From NCBI RefSeq assembly GCF_009914755.1, contig NC_060926.1: a stretch of DNA of 64,000 nucleotides, one strand, 5' to 3'. The DNA is from the human T2T-CHM13v2.0 reference genome, Homo sapiens. Made by a program: the position numbers and the translations under genes. Below, piece after piece: positions 29,829 through 45,697 of the stretch (position 1 is its first letter; every line of letters starts with the position of its first letter). The notes beneath the pieces are model-generated. The model did not search any database. It saw only the letters and a list, made by a program, of their open reading frames with translations, and was not told where the DNA came from.

Positions 29829-31569
29829 AGCATTGCAGGGCTTGAGGGTAGAGAAGGGTATTATTAGGAAAGAAAGGAGGAGGAGGGAGAGGAAAAAAAG
29901 AGGGTGGGGATAGTTTTCTCAAGGAGATAGGGAGGGAGATTTGTTGCATAGGAGATGAGTGTATTAGAGAGAGGAGGACAAATCTCTAAGAAGATGGGGA
30001 GGAAGAGAAGAGACTTATAGGGGTAGAGATAAGTTAGAATGAAGCTATGGTAGATGAGTGATTCTATACTGGTGAACCTGAGGTTAAAAACAAACAAATC
30101 TCTCAGAGTAGGTCATGATGTTAAACCTATATCAACAAGGGCTACTGGGTAATACATGCCTTCTCTCTGAAGACTTTGCCCATGTGTACTTTAAATTCTT
30201 GCTTGAGTCCTCAACAATGCACACTATGGCTAGGCTTGACCTCAGCTCACGGCTGAGATCACAGGGTCACAGGGTTCAAACCAACCCTGCCCAACATTAT
30301 GGGCGGGACTCCAGTTTCCAGTCAGGGATGTTAATCTTAGCATTTCCCTGTGTGTTTTGGAACAAGGATATGGTTGCTTGACCTTGGCTTGGGGAGGCCA
30401 GTCCGCTATTCTTTTGCCCTCTCTTTTTTCAAACTCAAAAGCTAATCCCAAGGATTTCTCAAGGTGGGGGATGTGATTAGGAGTATTAGTCTATCATACT
30501 GTGACAGAACTTTTCTAGGCCTCGGTTTCTTCATCTGATACATGAAGAGTTTGGGCTGGAGGATATCTCAGGTCTACTTTCTGGCTTAAAAGTGCTTCTG
30601 AAGTGGAATTTTTTAAAAAGCTAACTTTTGTCGGGTCTAACAAGGCAGCTCAACTACCCCATCCCCTTGTGGATGCTCTTATGACCTGATAGAGCAAATA
30701 CAAGAAATTAGAAACCAGCCATCTCTGAAATCCCTTGCAGGGATTGCTAACCAGGATCCTAAATGCTGCTAATGTGCTTAGAAATGACTGCTGGACTTCG
30801 AGGGGGCAATGCTGCCTTTGCTATCTCCTGTTTTCCTATGCAATGTTAAGGTCCAACACAGTAATTATTTAAACTTCTGGGCCATGACATTTACCTGGAG
30901 GTTCTGTATATGACAAGGTGATCCTGAGCAGATTCTTCAGAGGTATGTGATTTAGGCAGAATGGAACAGACAGGAAAAATGTACTGTTGTCTTCATCACA
31001 GAGTTGTTTTGAATGAGGGATCAGGATAATTGTGGCTCAGGAGGAAAATATGGCTCTCAAATTTGGTTACTAGATTAAAACATATATTTAGAAAATAATA
31101 AATTAATAGAGGAGGTCTCTTTATACCTGTGGGTTTTCTTTTGATCCGTTAACTGAATTACTATAATAATATATATGTACAGAAAGCTATAATTCCCTGG
31201 TTACCTCCTATTTAGACTACAGGCAACCTTTTAGAATAGTGAGATTTGATTTTGGGGAGTTGTCTGGTGGCTCTTGGTATGGGTTCCACTTTCATGTAAG
31301 TTAAGGTGCTCTTGCTATGTTGTCCCCTTAGATTGTCTTTCTAACATTAGGAGATCAGAGGAAAATTGCAGACCTGACCTGTGAACGGTAGGGATTGGGT
31401 CACACTGCATCTGAGTTTATGTTGCTTTGGGTTAGGAAGTTTTGGTCCCAGAGCACTCACATCCTGCATTGCTGTGTGGTGTCTCTGAGTGGTAGGGATG
31501 GGTTACAGCACAGGTGATGGTTTTTAGCAATTTTAATATTAACTGTCATCCTAATACATATGAACTTCC

Positions 31570-32430
31570 TAATGTACATTTCTATCCCCAACTGGCTTCC
31601 TCGAACTCTAGTCCTATACTTCTAACTCCTTCTGGATCTTTCCTCCAGGATGAACAAATTTCCTCTTAACTTACCTCATTTTGTCAATGGTGCCTCCACT
31701 CATACCCTTACCCAGTGCGTGAACTCTGGGTCGGTTTCCATTCCTGTTCACCATCAGTCTGTAAAACTGAGCACCAATGCCTTGTTTGACCCTTTCATAC
31801 CAGCTGCCACCTCCACAGCTCAGGCCTTATGAACTCACATCAGTGCTATTGCATCAGCCTCCTGATTGGTCTCTGCCTCAGCTCTTCCCTTGCTCCAAGC
31901 CAAGGGCAGTCAAGATTGCTTGCTGCACTCCTCAAGGCTGTGCTAACCTTCCCAAAGCAGCATGTACCACAACATTCTCAACTCAGACATCTTCAGCATC
32001 TCCCATGGCCTTTCTGGTAAAATCTATGTGCCTTTTCTTGGCTCCCCATGACTGGTATTGGCCATCTTCACCTGTTTCCATCCTACATAAATGGAATACT
32101 CTGCCAGTTCCCAATAAACTCTCACACTAAGGTCATTTCCATGATCTTAGCCTGTCTAAATTTGCCCCAGACCTTATGGCCCAGCTAAATGTGAAGTCTC
32201 TACAAAAGCCTCCAGAATCATCCTGTCTGGAAACAAGGCTTCTTTCGCGTGCCTGTCAATGACCCTTTAAAGGGTTCATGTACCACGGATGGCTTCGGAG
32301 AGTAGCTGATTGTGTACCTGCCTTCGGATTTCTCCTAGAATGAAACAGCTCTGTCTTTTACATCTTCCCATCTCCTAAGAATCAAGTACATTAAGTCCCT
32401 TATTTATTTGATGAATAAATGAATGAATGA
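31570..32430 (+). mobile_element. Degenerate L2
   Basis: Pyrimidine-rich L2-like body ending ttgatgaataaatgaatgaatga. Confidence 0.55.
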
Positions 32431-32702
32431 CGCTGTCACAGCAGAAGTCAGAATACCAAAGGACGATTCTGTGACACATCAAAATTTCTTCTCAGAAAGT
32501 ACTCATTGATTGTTTTTGATAACTTTTCCCTCTCAAAAATGAATGCCTTAGGTCTTGGTGCTCATATGGGACTTTTTGCTACTGAACTATCTGACCTTTG
32601 ACTTACTTTCTGACAGTTACATGTAGCACAATAATTTTTTTAAGAGGACAAGAACAAGTGTCCTCTACATTATAGTGTCTGCCTGTGTAGGAACACAAAT
32701 AA

Positions 32703-33068
<366 letters not shown>

Positions 33069-33229
33069 TTTAGTAAATTTATTAATCAGGATTCTATTTC
33101 TATTTATATTGTTACCTATAATCATTTGTCCTTGTTCAAACTAAAACCTCTTTAGATTTTGTTTTAAAACCATACTTTCTGTCAAGAACAGTTAATGTGC
33201 TTGGTATAACTGATAGTTGTGATATACAC

Positions 33230-33530
33230 AATCTTGGCCAAAGCTGGTTGCTTGGTCTGCTTCTCTTGATGGAAGTCATTGCTTCTGTCATGGTGGCCTC
33301 CACTACACAACTCTCTTGCCTTCTGGTTCTGGTAACTTCGCTGTCCCCTGGTCTCTTTCGACCTAAGGGTGGTCATAATTCTGCTGCTGCAAGTCACAGG
33401 CTCTGGCACTACCCCTCGTGGTTCTGCTCTTGCCACACCTTTGCCAACAGTCCTTTCATAAATAACCTTCCTACTCTTGCCCAATTTTGTGTGTGCCATC
33501 TGTTTTCATTTGGGATCTGGAATGAGACAA
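33230..33530 (+). mobile_element. Old ERVL-class LTR remnant (family uncertain)
   Basis: gccacacctttg...gtgtgccatctgtttt...gaca 3' end typical of old ERVL-type LTRs. Confidence 0.5.
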
Positions 33531-33534
33531 CATA

Positions 33535-33721
33535 TAGTTGGCCCACTGTATCCACGGGTTATGCATCTTTGGATTCAATGAACCATGGATCAAAAACAGT
33601 ATTTGTGGGATGCAGAATCTATGGATACAGAGGACCAACAATTGCATGACTTGAGCTTCCATGGATTTTGGTATCTGCAGGGGTCCTGGAACCAACACCC
33701 CATGGATCCAGAGGACCACTG
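33535..33721. mobile_element. MER2-like TcMar-Tigger MITE
   Basis: TIR-like ends tagttggcccactgtatccacgggtt / cccatggatccagaggaccactg, flanked by TA. Confidence 0.8.
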
Positions 33722-36700
33722 TATATGCATGTTTATCAAGCTTATTCAAAGCCCCCTTTTTCTGTGTGAAGAGATTTTCCTTAAATCTTCATTTCTTGTG
33801 AAAATGGGAAGACTTTCAAGATAACAGTCAACAGAAAACTAGATGAAATGACCACAGAATTATTTTTAAACCATAACTTGCATTATTATCATTATTATTA
33901 CCATTTTTTCATTTTAACATGAATTTCTGGGAGAGAGAGGCTGGGTCCATTCAAAGCATGGTAGGTCATGAATAGCTTTGTTTTTATCTTCATTGCAGCT
34001 CAGAGAGGATGGTGAAAGGTGCTACAGTCTGGTGAATGTTTTGTACTTCTCTTTCTCTTATCAGAAGGAAGCCAGGCCACCAGCTAAGGTTATCAGAGCC
34101 ATAGACTGTTGAGTCCCCCTTTCTTCTCAGGGAGCACGGTTTGTCTCACAGTTTCCTGAGCAACCACCGGGTTGTCTTGTGGGGGAGCCTACCCCTTACA
34201 GAGCCTGAAAAGGAGCCAGTGGTCAGATGGTCACGTGTTGAAGGGCATCCTGGGCCTGAACAGGAAATATACTCAGAGGAAAGTTACAGTAACTTAACTA
34301 GCTCTGTGGTCAGGAGGGAGGTGCTCTTCTATGCCAGGGAAATCAGCATCACCTTCACAGTGTGCTCACAAATATCACAGGGCAAAATGGCTGAAAGTAG
34401 AAGCTTTCATTGTTTTTGGTTCCTACCTAACATGTGAAATTCTGTTCAGTCCGAATTTTTAAAAGGAAACAAGATAATTAGAATCTTACAACCTGATTTT
34501 TCAACTGCAAAAGAAAGTCAGACTATGATGTGCATAAATGGAACCTGATAAAGTTCTTAAAGATTCTGGAGGAAAATCACATTTTGCTAATTAATCATGT
34601 ATTCCAGCTCTCTAACTGCTTCTTTAGCTTCCCAGTACGTTTTATTTCTCTATGGTGCTACGATAAAGAAAAGGAAAAACTATGACAAACAAATGTAATT
34701 CACAAAAGCCCTGAAGTTAAGGATTTTCCTAGTGAAGTTCAGACTGAAATGTGATTTCATGTGTTGACTCATGTCTATGTTCAATCCCTTTTGTACACTT
34801 GGGTAAGCTAGAATGGAAGATCTCAATGGTATAATTATTACTTGTGCATCAGAAATAATTTATAAGATTATTTGATGTGATCATACTGTCTGTAAGCCTT
34901 ATCTGGGATCCATCTATGACCTTCAGGAAATCTTCAAAATTGTAAGCAAAATGTTTTGTATATGTGCATTAGAGGCAAAAAATTTGGAAATGTATTTTTT
35001 TCTAGATATGAGCATGAAATAAATTCAGTCTTGCTGAATGAACAAAGTTGTTTTTCTGTCCATTTATGATTTAAAACATTACTCCTAGATGTCTAAATAA
35101 ATAAATTACATCTTAGCTCTTCCATTATTTGTGTGACCTTGTTTGAAAAGTCATTTACTTCTTCTCTTTTTTTCCCCCCAATAGCCTCTTCTTTAAAATA
35201 AGGAATTGGCATAGATCATCTCCAAGTTCCCTTCCAGTTGAGTGTGGTTTTTTGCAGGATAAGACTCTAATAAAATAGTGGGGAAAATGAAATGTATTTT
35301 GTTCTGGTCCTCTTCCCATTCCATTCACTCCCCTACTTAATGGTAATCTCCTCCCTAACCCTCACTCCAGACATCTGGTACCATCCTCCCTATCAAGTCC
35401 AACTTTGAGAGGATCTAGAACCAATCACTGCAATTGTGTTGAAATTTTGATGCAACATGGCAGAAGGAAATGAACAATAGATTAGAAGTCATAAGTTATG
35501 AGCTTAAATTTCAAGGATCACTTATGTTTCCTGTAACCTTGGACAACTCATCTACCTCTTTGACCTCAGTTTCCCCATCTGTAAGATGGGCATAAAGATG
35601 ACTGTCCTGCCTATTTACTTCACAGTTGAATATAGAGTTCAGATGAGATAAGAGACAGCATTTTATAGCCCTGTGAATGTAAGCCATAGATACTAAATTA
35701 AGCCAATGTGTTTCCCATATTGCATTTTGGGCTTCATTTTCTTTGGAAATCTAAGCATTAACTGAGCTGGTGGGAGGGTCCTTTTAAGGTCAGGGTTCTT
35801 TGATGCTGGGAGCCACACCTTAGAGGTGGTTACCACCCCACCTATGCAGAGGGTTGACCTCATTACTAAATATGGTAATTGACCCGTTTATAATAGGTGT
35901 AAACGGCAAGAGTTGTTTTTTTTTGTAACCAAGCTTCCCCACCACCCACTGCCATTCTCATGGAAGTTCAAGCAACTTTCAATTTTCCTGAAGTCGGCTG
36001 TTTCACAAGATTCACAGATTATCTGTGGGAAATCTTTTAGCTCTCAGTACCTTGCTCACAAGCAGCAGATAAGTACCTTCTCACCTCCAATCTCACTCTT
36101 CATGTTGCCTGTTGTTAAGCAGGAGCTGTGAGGGAAAGAGGTTTGAGGTTAGTGCTTCCTGTCTCCACACCTTTAGCTGGTTTAGCTGCTAGGAAAGGCT
36201 TTGAAAAGCAAAGCACTAAATTCACCTTCAAAACAACTTGTCAATTCAGTTAGAGAAATGTCAGTCAGACCAATCTTTTGATAACGTAAGCAAAGAAAAT
36301 GGATGGGTTGACAATGTTTCTTTTAACCTAGTAGGTTTGACCTAGGTAGACCTTACCTGAACACTCACAAGAAGTAAAATCAAATATTCACAGGGAAAGG
36401 GCTGGGTCTCCTGATACCCAAGTAGCCTAAGAAGAATGCCTTCCACTCCTAGCATGAACTGGAAAGCAAAAAGAAATCAAACACAAGTTAGGACGAGGGA
36501 GCTACATATTTGGGTTTCTTCTGAGTCTAGATATGTCCTTACATTTGTAATATGTCCTTACATTATTTGAAGTACTGTGGATTTTCAGAAACTCAGAGAC
36601 CGAAAATACATATCAAAGCCAAATGTCATCTGATATTCTGATTATCAGCTACTTTGATTTCTCCATGTTTTTACTTCATAGAGCAAGGGGTGTGCATTTT

Positions 36701-38869
36701 TACACATGCCCCATTTTAAAAGAAAATAAGAGAAATCAGAATTATTGTGTTTACTCAAAGTCACAATGATCACACATATTCAGTATCACTTAGAGTCACT
36801 GGTTATCTTTTTCTAGCACCAAAAGTAAATTTCTCTCATTTACTGTCTTGCAAAGCATATAGAGATTTTGAGGTCCTGTGAGATAGTTTCCTATTTAGGC
36901 TTCTCTGAATTATTGACATGAACCAAGGTGGGACCAAATGCTATGAGGATATAAATATTGAGAAACGAGATTTTATCAGCCAACCTTGAACTCAGCTTGA
37001 ACTCTAAACTAGGAGGCTGTTAGCTACATGTTAACACATAGTAAGCAAACGATTTCAAGCACAGTATCTGTGTTTGAGAGCCAGCTAATTTAAAAATGAT
37101 CTATGTTGACAAAGAAGAGGGAGGAAAGTAAACATGAGCAATAAATTGGATGGCTTTTCCTCAAATGGCCTTATCGAAAACAAATAGTTTTCAAGCTCTT
37201 TTCCAGCAAAATCTTAGCACTTTTCTGCATAAAAGCCTTCAGTAGATCTTCATCACCTTCAGAAGAGAGCCCAACCTCTCTAATGGAGTGAACTATGCTT
37301 GCTCTGACAATCTTGTCTTTTGTAACTCATGGCCCAGCAAAAAGAAGGTAGCTGTAATTCCCCAAGTCGGCCACACTCTTACCCTCCTCATCTCCCTTGC
37401 CCAGACTACTCTTTTTCTCTCTTTGTCTTATCCTCCCCACAGTCCCCTAACTCACCCCAGCCCAAACACACACTCTCCCACCTCACCCCAGTCCCCAACA
37501 CAAAGACACGTCTTAGCCAGGCTAACTTTTACTTAGTAAAAGTTGGTCAAATCCATGTATGCATACTCCTTCAGGACTCAGGTCAGCCGTCATCTCCTGA
37601 GATCCTTAGCTGGTTTCCCTGTTGCCCCCGGAAGTTTTGTGCAGATCACTGTGTCACTATGTTTAAAGTAGGGTCTATTTATATCTTTCTTCCCCATCAG
37701 ATCATGAGCTGCCGTAGGACGGGAATTGAGTGGCATTCATTTTTGGGAAATCAATTCTTCTCTCCCATGTGCATCTTAGGAACATGTCACACCCTGAGTT
37801 AGACAGGACATATTCAGCAAACCACTGGACTCTAGATGCCACAGCTTTTCTTCCTTCCTCTCTCTCCCTTCCCTCTCTCCACCTCACTGTGTGTGCTGGG
37901 AGAGGGAGTCAAACTGGGGAGCCATCTGGGGTTTCTCTCCAGCCCACCCACACTCCCTTTTTTTGTCTCCACAAAGAAGTCCTATTCTCATTCCCATCTT
38001 TTTCTTTAAATCAGCTCACAAAGGCAGATCAGGAAGAATTTGAATGTGCATTAAAACAGAATCCAAATAATTAGCAATAGAAACACAATTCCCAGGGCGG
38101 TGAGCAAGCAGAATACAAATGCCTAACCTGCACTCACTCTCTGAAAAGGAGGAGAGATGCAGGCATTGCTTGCTGGAGTTGGTTGCTCTTCCAATTAGAA
38201 CTGACCTAATGACTCCTTCTAAGTAAAAAAAGGAAACAAACAAAATAAATCAAAAACAAAAAAACAAATTGGATGTTTGTATTAAGACAGGTCGAACTTT
38301 TTGATTCTTTGCATGTTTATTTTTCAGTGCTTTTGCAAAATATTTGTGGAACAAATAATAAGTGAAGTTAAAGTTGTTGACACAGGTTTCCAAAAAGGAT
38401 TTAATGAGATGGTAGTCAAACCTAGCTGCTGATAACAACAATACAGCCGAATCACCATCTTTCACTCCACAATTATTTTATGAGAGTCTATTAGTCATAC
38501 TGTGTTATGTAAAGAAGCATAACATGTGGTCCTTTCTGTCAAGAGACTTGGAAACCAGGGGCCTAAGGGAAATGCACATGAATCCAAAGCTAAGCAAATT
38601 GAAGCATGTGAAACAAGAGTTGTTTAAAAGGTAGAACTCAAATGTCAAGTGAGCGATACAGATAGTAATCATTTTGAGACCTGAGAAGGGAGTGGTGCTC
38701 TGTGCCAAGGAGTTAGTAGACAAGGCATGGAGGTAGGAATGCTCACAGTCTGTTCTTGGGATGTTGGCTTAAATGGTCTAATTAGGAGGGCTTCGGTTTG
38801 AGGAAATGAGGTTGGAAAAACCTGTGGAGGCCGATTTGAGGATAAGAAGTTAGTTTTCCTCTGTTAGGC

Positions 38870-39040
38870 CACTGGTTCTCAAATTTGACTGCCATCTAGA
38901 ATTACTAGAGAAACTTAAAAAATATGAATGGATGCCTGGGTCCTATACCTAGAGATTCTGATTTAATTGGCCTTGGAAAACCAAAGGCTTTTAGATTTTT
39001 CCAGGTGATTCTAAATATGTTGTCAGGTGAATTCCACTAG
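38870..39040. mobile_element. MER5A-like hAT element
   Basis: tggttctcaaa...agagattctgatttaattgg...ccaggtgattcta. Confidence 0.75.
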
Positions 39041-39094
39041 GCCATAGTGGCTTTCAACCCAATTGAATATTAGAATCAAGTGGGGGAACTTTTA

Positions 39095-40345
<1,251 letters not shown>

Positions 40346-40479
40346 AAAAAACTTAGTATCAATCCTTCCCCCCAGCCTAGACCAATTAAATCAGAATTTC
40401 CGGAAGTGGGAGGACTTGGGCACAGATATTTTTTCATTTTAAAGTTCTTGATATAAAGCCAGCAATGATTTTTTAAAAA

Positions 40480-40608
40480 TAATTTTGTAGAGATGGGTTC
40501 TTTCTATGTTGCCCAGGCTGGTCTTGAACTCCTGGGCTCAAGCATTCATCCCGCCTTGGCCTCCCAAAGTGCTAGGATCACAAAGGTGTGAGCCATCATC
40601 CCCAGCCA
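40480..40608 (-). mobile_element. Alu monomer (FLAM-like)
   Basis: ttttgtagagatggg...ctcccaaagtgctaggat...gagccatc. Confidence 0.85.
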
Positions 40609-40930
40609 GCATTATTGATTATATAGGAGACAAAAAGCTACTATTAATTTAGTTCTATGCCATTTCCTTCTTACCAAAACCAAAACAAAACACCTGTGTA
40701 TATGAATTCAAATTCAGTTAAATTGTAAATTTCATTTAAAAATGAATCTGATTTTATTTGGCTCTTCAGTGTGGGTATACGGGATGTTGCTTCAAATAAA
40801 CTTAAAAGAAATGCAAGTAGGTAAATAATTATTAACATACCCCAAAACAAGAGCAAAAAAATGCTTTTGTTTGCATTGAAATTTGAATCAAAGACACAAA
40901 GTGGTTTGTTGTTTTAGAAAAATTCTTGAG

Positions 40931-41276
<346 letters not shown>

Positions 41277-41847
41277 TCAGTGCTTCAGTGGTCTATTTCT
41301 CAGGTGGTCATAGCCAACTTGGGTTTTAGTTCTGGCTTTGCTCACCATTTGTTTGGTGACTTCAGACAAACCAGCTAATGTTTCTAGGCCTTATACAATC
41401 ATTAGAAAAGAAAAAAAAAAAGAAATAATATTGTCCTGTGCCAACAATGAGGATACCATGGGAAATGAGATCAATGTGTTCTCTTCACTTATGGAGTTGA
41501 TAAACTAGTTTCAGGTTCTTTGCTTTTAAAGATTGAACTAAATGCTCTCCAGATTCTTTGATCTTTTATTGGGATAGCAGTAAAGGTAGATGATGGACCA
41601 GAGAGATAACTCCCCTCTGGAGTCTTTCACCTTTCATGATATAAGGGAATAGATCTATGAATTTCTTGGGGAGGCTATTCTCTGAATTTGGTGCAGAAAA
41701 CACATTAAAGCAAACTCTTGGGTTATATTTTTTCTTATCTCTTCATCCCACTCTTGCAATGGGCAATAAACAAAGTAAAAATGTTTCAAAATATTTTAAT
41801 TCCTTTACAAAAACCTGTATCACAACTTAAAAACAAATCTATTTGTA

Positions 41848-42206
<359 letters not shown>

Positions 42207-42553
42207 TCAGTCAGGAAATTGGCCCAATGCATGATTAATATTAATGTCTCAGGAATATAGATTTAAAAATTGTGAGTGCCTAGCTGTGGTGCTCAATGCT
42301 AACAGAAAGCCATGTACTGCCTTCTGGGTGAAAACATGCTCCATTGTTCCATTCAAAAGAGGATGAAAATAATATTGAAATGTTAACTTTTGAACTCTCA
42401 GTATAATTATCCCCTGAAGAGGTCCTACATCTTCTGCCAAGAGAAAACCTTTGCTGGAGATCTGTTCATTTAGTTAATTAATATATTTTGCTCTCAGGAA
42501 GAAAAATTATCCTTATATTCTTGTTCTAAGCAAATGATTTTTTTTTCCCCCAG

Positions 42554-42910
42554 GAAACAAGATTTTGGTGAAGCAGTCGCCCATGCTTGTAGCGTACGAC
42601 AATGCGGTCAACCTTAGCTGCAAGTATTCCTACAATCTCTTCTCAAGGGAGTTCCGGGCATCCCTTCACAAAGGACTGGATAGTGCTGTGGAAGTCTGTG
42701 TTGTATATGGGAATTACTCCCAGCAGCTTCAGGTTTACTCAAAAACGGGGTTCAACTGTGATGGGAAATTGGGCAATGAATCAGTGACATTCTACCTCCA
42801 GAATTTGTATGTTAACCAAACAGATATTTACTTCTGCAAAATTGAAGTTATGTATCCTCCTCCTTACCTAGACAATGAGAAGAGCAATGGAACCATTATC
42901 CATGTGAAAG
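42554..42910 (+). CDS. CD28: CD28 exon 2, IgV ectodomain (NKILVKQSPML...MYPPPY...IIHVK)
   Basis: Acceptor ttttttcccccag|GA, donor AAG|gtaaca, 357 nt, phase 1/1; MYPPPY B7-binding motif at 42850-42867; contained in ORF-track 42565..42948. Confidence 0.99.
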
Positions 42911-43317
42911 GTAACATACAACTTTACCAGTGTACCACCCTAAAGTAATGGTTTTCAAATGCAGTCCTGAAAACTGGGTTGTGGTCAGTGGTGGGGTTGA
43001 ATAAGGCCTAAGTGATTTGATACTAACAAAGACAAATAATGTTTTCAGAAAAATTTTTCCCTTTACTGTAGAGGAGATTCAAGGTTATATTTTGAATATC
43101 TTTATTTTCCTTTGCTGACATTGAGCGGGAGAGTAAGTGATGAAGTTACCGCATGTGGGAACAGATCATTTTTCTCCATTCCAGTGGATCATGGCAGAAA
43201 AGAGGTTACCATTAAAATATAAGCCCAGGTGCCCTCAAGTAACAGCTGGGTCTAATGGGTTAAGACTCAGGAAGACTCACTTCTATTTCTAATTAATTCT
43301 TTTTTTGTGCTCCATAA

Positions 43318-44035
<718 letters not shown>

Positions 44036-44779
44036 GTACCTTTCCATTTTCTAAAATATACAAAGAATGCTGGACTAGAAACCGGGGGACATAAAATTTG
44101 CTATTAATCAACTGTGTGATCTTGGATAAGTCACCTAACTTTTTCATAGTCAAAAACTCAGTACAACTGTTAAGCAGTATTTGTGAATTAGTGAAAATAA
44201 GTCTACTGAACTTTTGTTGATGTTATGTTCTGCCTAAATGTTAGGGAGAAAAATCATGATTCCCCAACTCAGAAGAATACAGTATTGGTAGCAACAAGTA
44301 AAGTTTGATTTTTTGGTATACTTTGTGGATATATCATAGCTTTTCATTTTTGTGGAATGATAATAAGAAACACATATGTTCAGTTTTGTACTGAATCCTA
44401 GCATAATGCCAATGAATGGTTTTTCTTCAATGCTGGAACAGAGCCATGCTGATGAAAAATAGGATACTAAATAAGGAAAGAATTGTTAATGTGGCAGATA
44501 AGCTTTTGTGTTCTGGCAAAATAGAGACAATTAATGTGTGAATATTTTGTTTGCTGAGTCCTATTTAGATTTCTAATATCTGTAATATCCAAACAGAATA
44601 TTTTAATTGTATCAAGTCAAAGGTTAAAAAATTATGCTATTTTGCTTGTAGCTAAGAGTGAAATATTTTTTCCTATATGAAAGGCATGCTACTTTAGGAT
44701 AGTATTTTATATATATGTATACACACATATACACATATCATTTATGTTAGAACTGAGAAGGACACCAATGATCCTGTAC

Positions 44780-44965
44780 TTAGTAATTTTCAATCCTATC
44801 TGTATATTATAAATCTGAGTAGGTTTTAAAAGAAATACCAATGCCTAGTTCCAGCCCTGAGATTCTGATGTAATTGATATGGGTTGAGGAAGGGGTGCTG
44901 GACATCAGTATATTTTCAAACTTTCTCAGATAATTTATTGTGCAGCTAGGATGGAAAATCAATGG
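44780..44965. mobile_element. MER5A-like hAT element
   Basis: gagattctgatgtaattg...catcagtatattttcaaa...tgtgcagctaggatgg. Confidence 0.65.
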
Positions 44966-45572
44966 ACTAGAGGATTTTTGGTATGCTTTCTAGTTCTAAT
45001 TTTCTCCAATTTTGAATAGAATTCTATAGGTTCCTTCTCATCCCCTTTTGATTCCTAAAGATATAAAGTGATTTGTTTGTCATTATATAATCTATGAGAC
45101 AGGGTTGGAACTAGAAATTTATCCTCTGATTAGCAGTCCAGTGTTCTGACTGCCATATTAGGCTGATGATTTTCTTAAGGCTTGAAAACATGCATATTAT
45201 TTAACTTATTCCAAGGATGCAGTTTAGGGTCTAGATTAACTATCTTCTGATGGGAGAAAGGGATAAAGTTAGGTTAAGGCCATTGGAAGTCACCGTTTTG
45301 AATCACACAGTAGAATCCACAAAGTCAAGTGAATACAAGTCTACCAGTGTACCATCCTAACGTAATGGCTTTCAACTGTGGTCGTGAAAACTGACCAGAT
45401 CATGGTCAGTGGTGGGGTTGGGTAAGTCTCAAAGAGGAAATCTATTCACTCTAAGCTGGTGATATGTTTAATATTTTTATTTCTTTCACATTTTTCTCTG
45501 ATGTTCACAAGGAAGGAAATGCACTCAATTGCTATTCCTGTATCATTTAATCCACTCTATTTTGTTTTTCAG

Positions 45573-45697
45573 GGAAACACCTTTGTCCAAGTCCCCTATT
45601 TCCCGGACCTTCTAAGCCCTTTTGGGTGCTGGTGGTGGTTGGTGGAGTCCTGGCTTGCTATAGCTTGCTAGTAACAGTGGCCTTTATTATTTTCTGG
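45573..45697 (+). CDS. CD28: CD28 exon 3, hinge Cys + transmembrane (GKHLCPSPLFPGPSKPFWVLVVVGGVLACYSLLVTVAFIIFW)
   Basis: Acceptor tttgtttttcag|GG, donor TGG|gtaaga, 125 nt, in frame with exon 2. Confidence 0.99.

Noticed and set aside
33197-33649. 150-aa ORF with a hydrophobic N-terminus
   Set aside because: Spans an LTR remnant and a MER2-like MITE; no recognisable domain or splice context
37329-37802. 157-aa ORF in intron 1
   Set aside because: Low-complexity C-rich/L2-like sequence with no homology I can recognise
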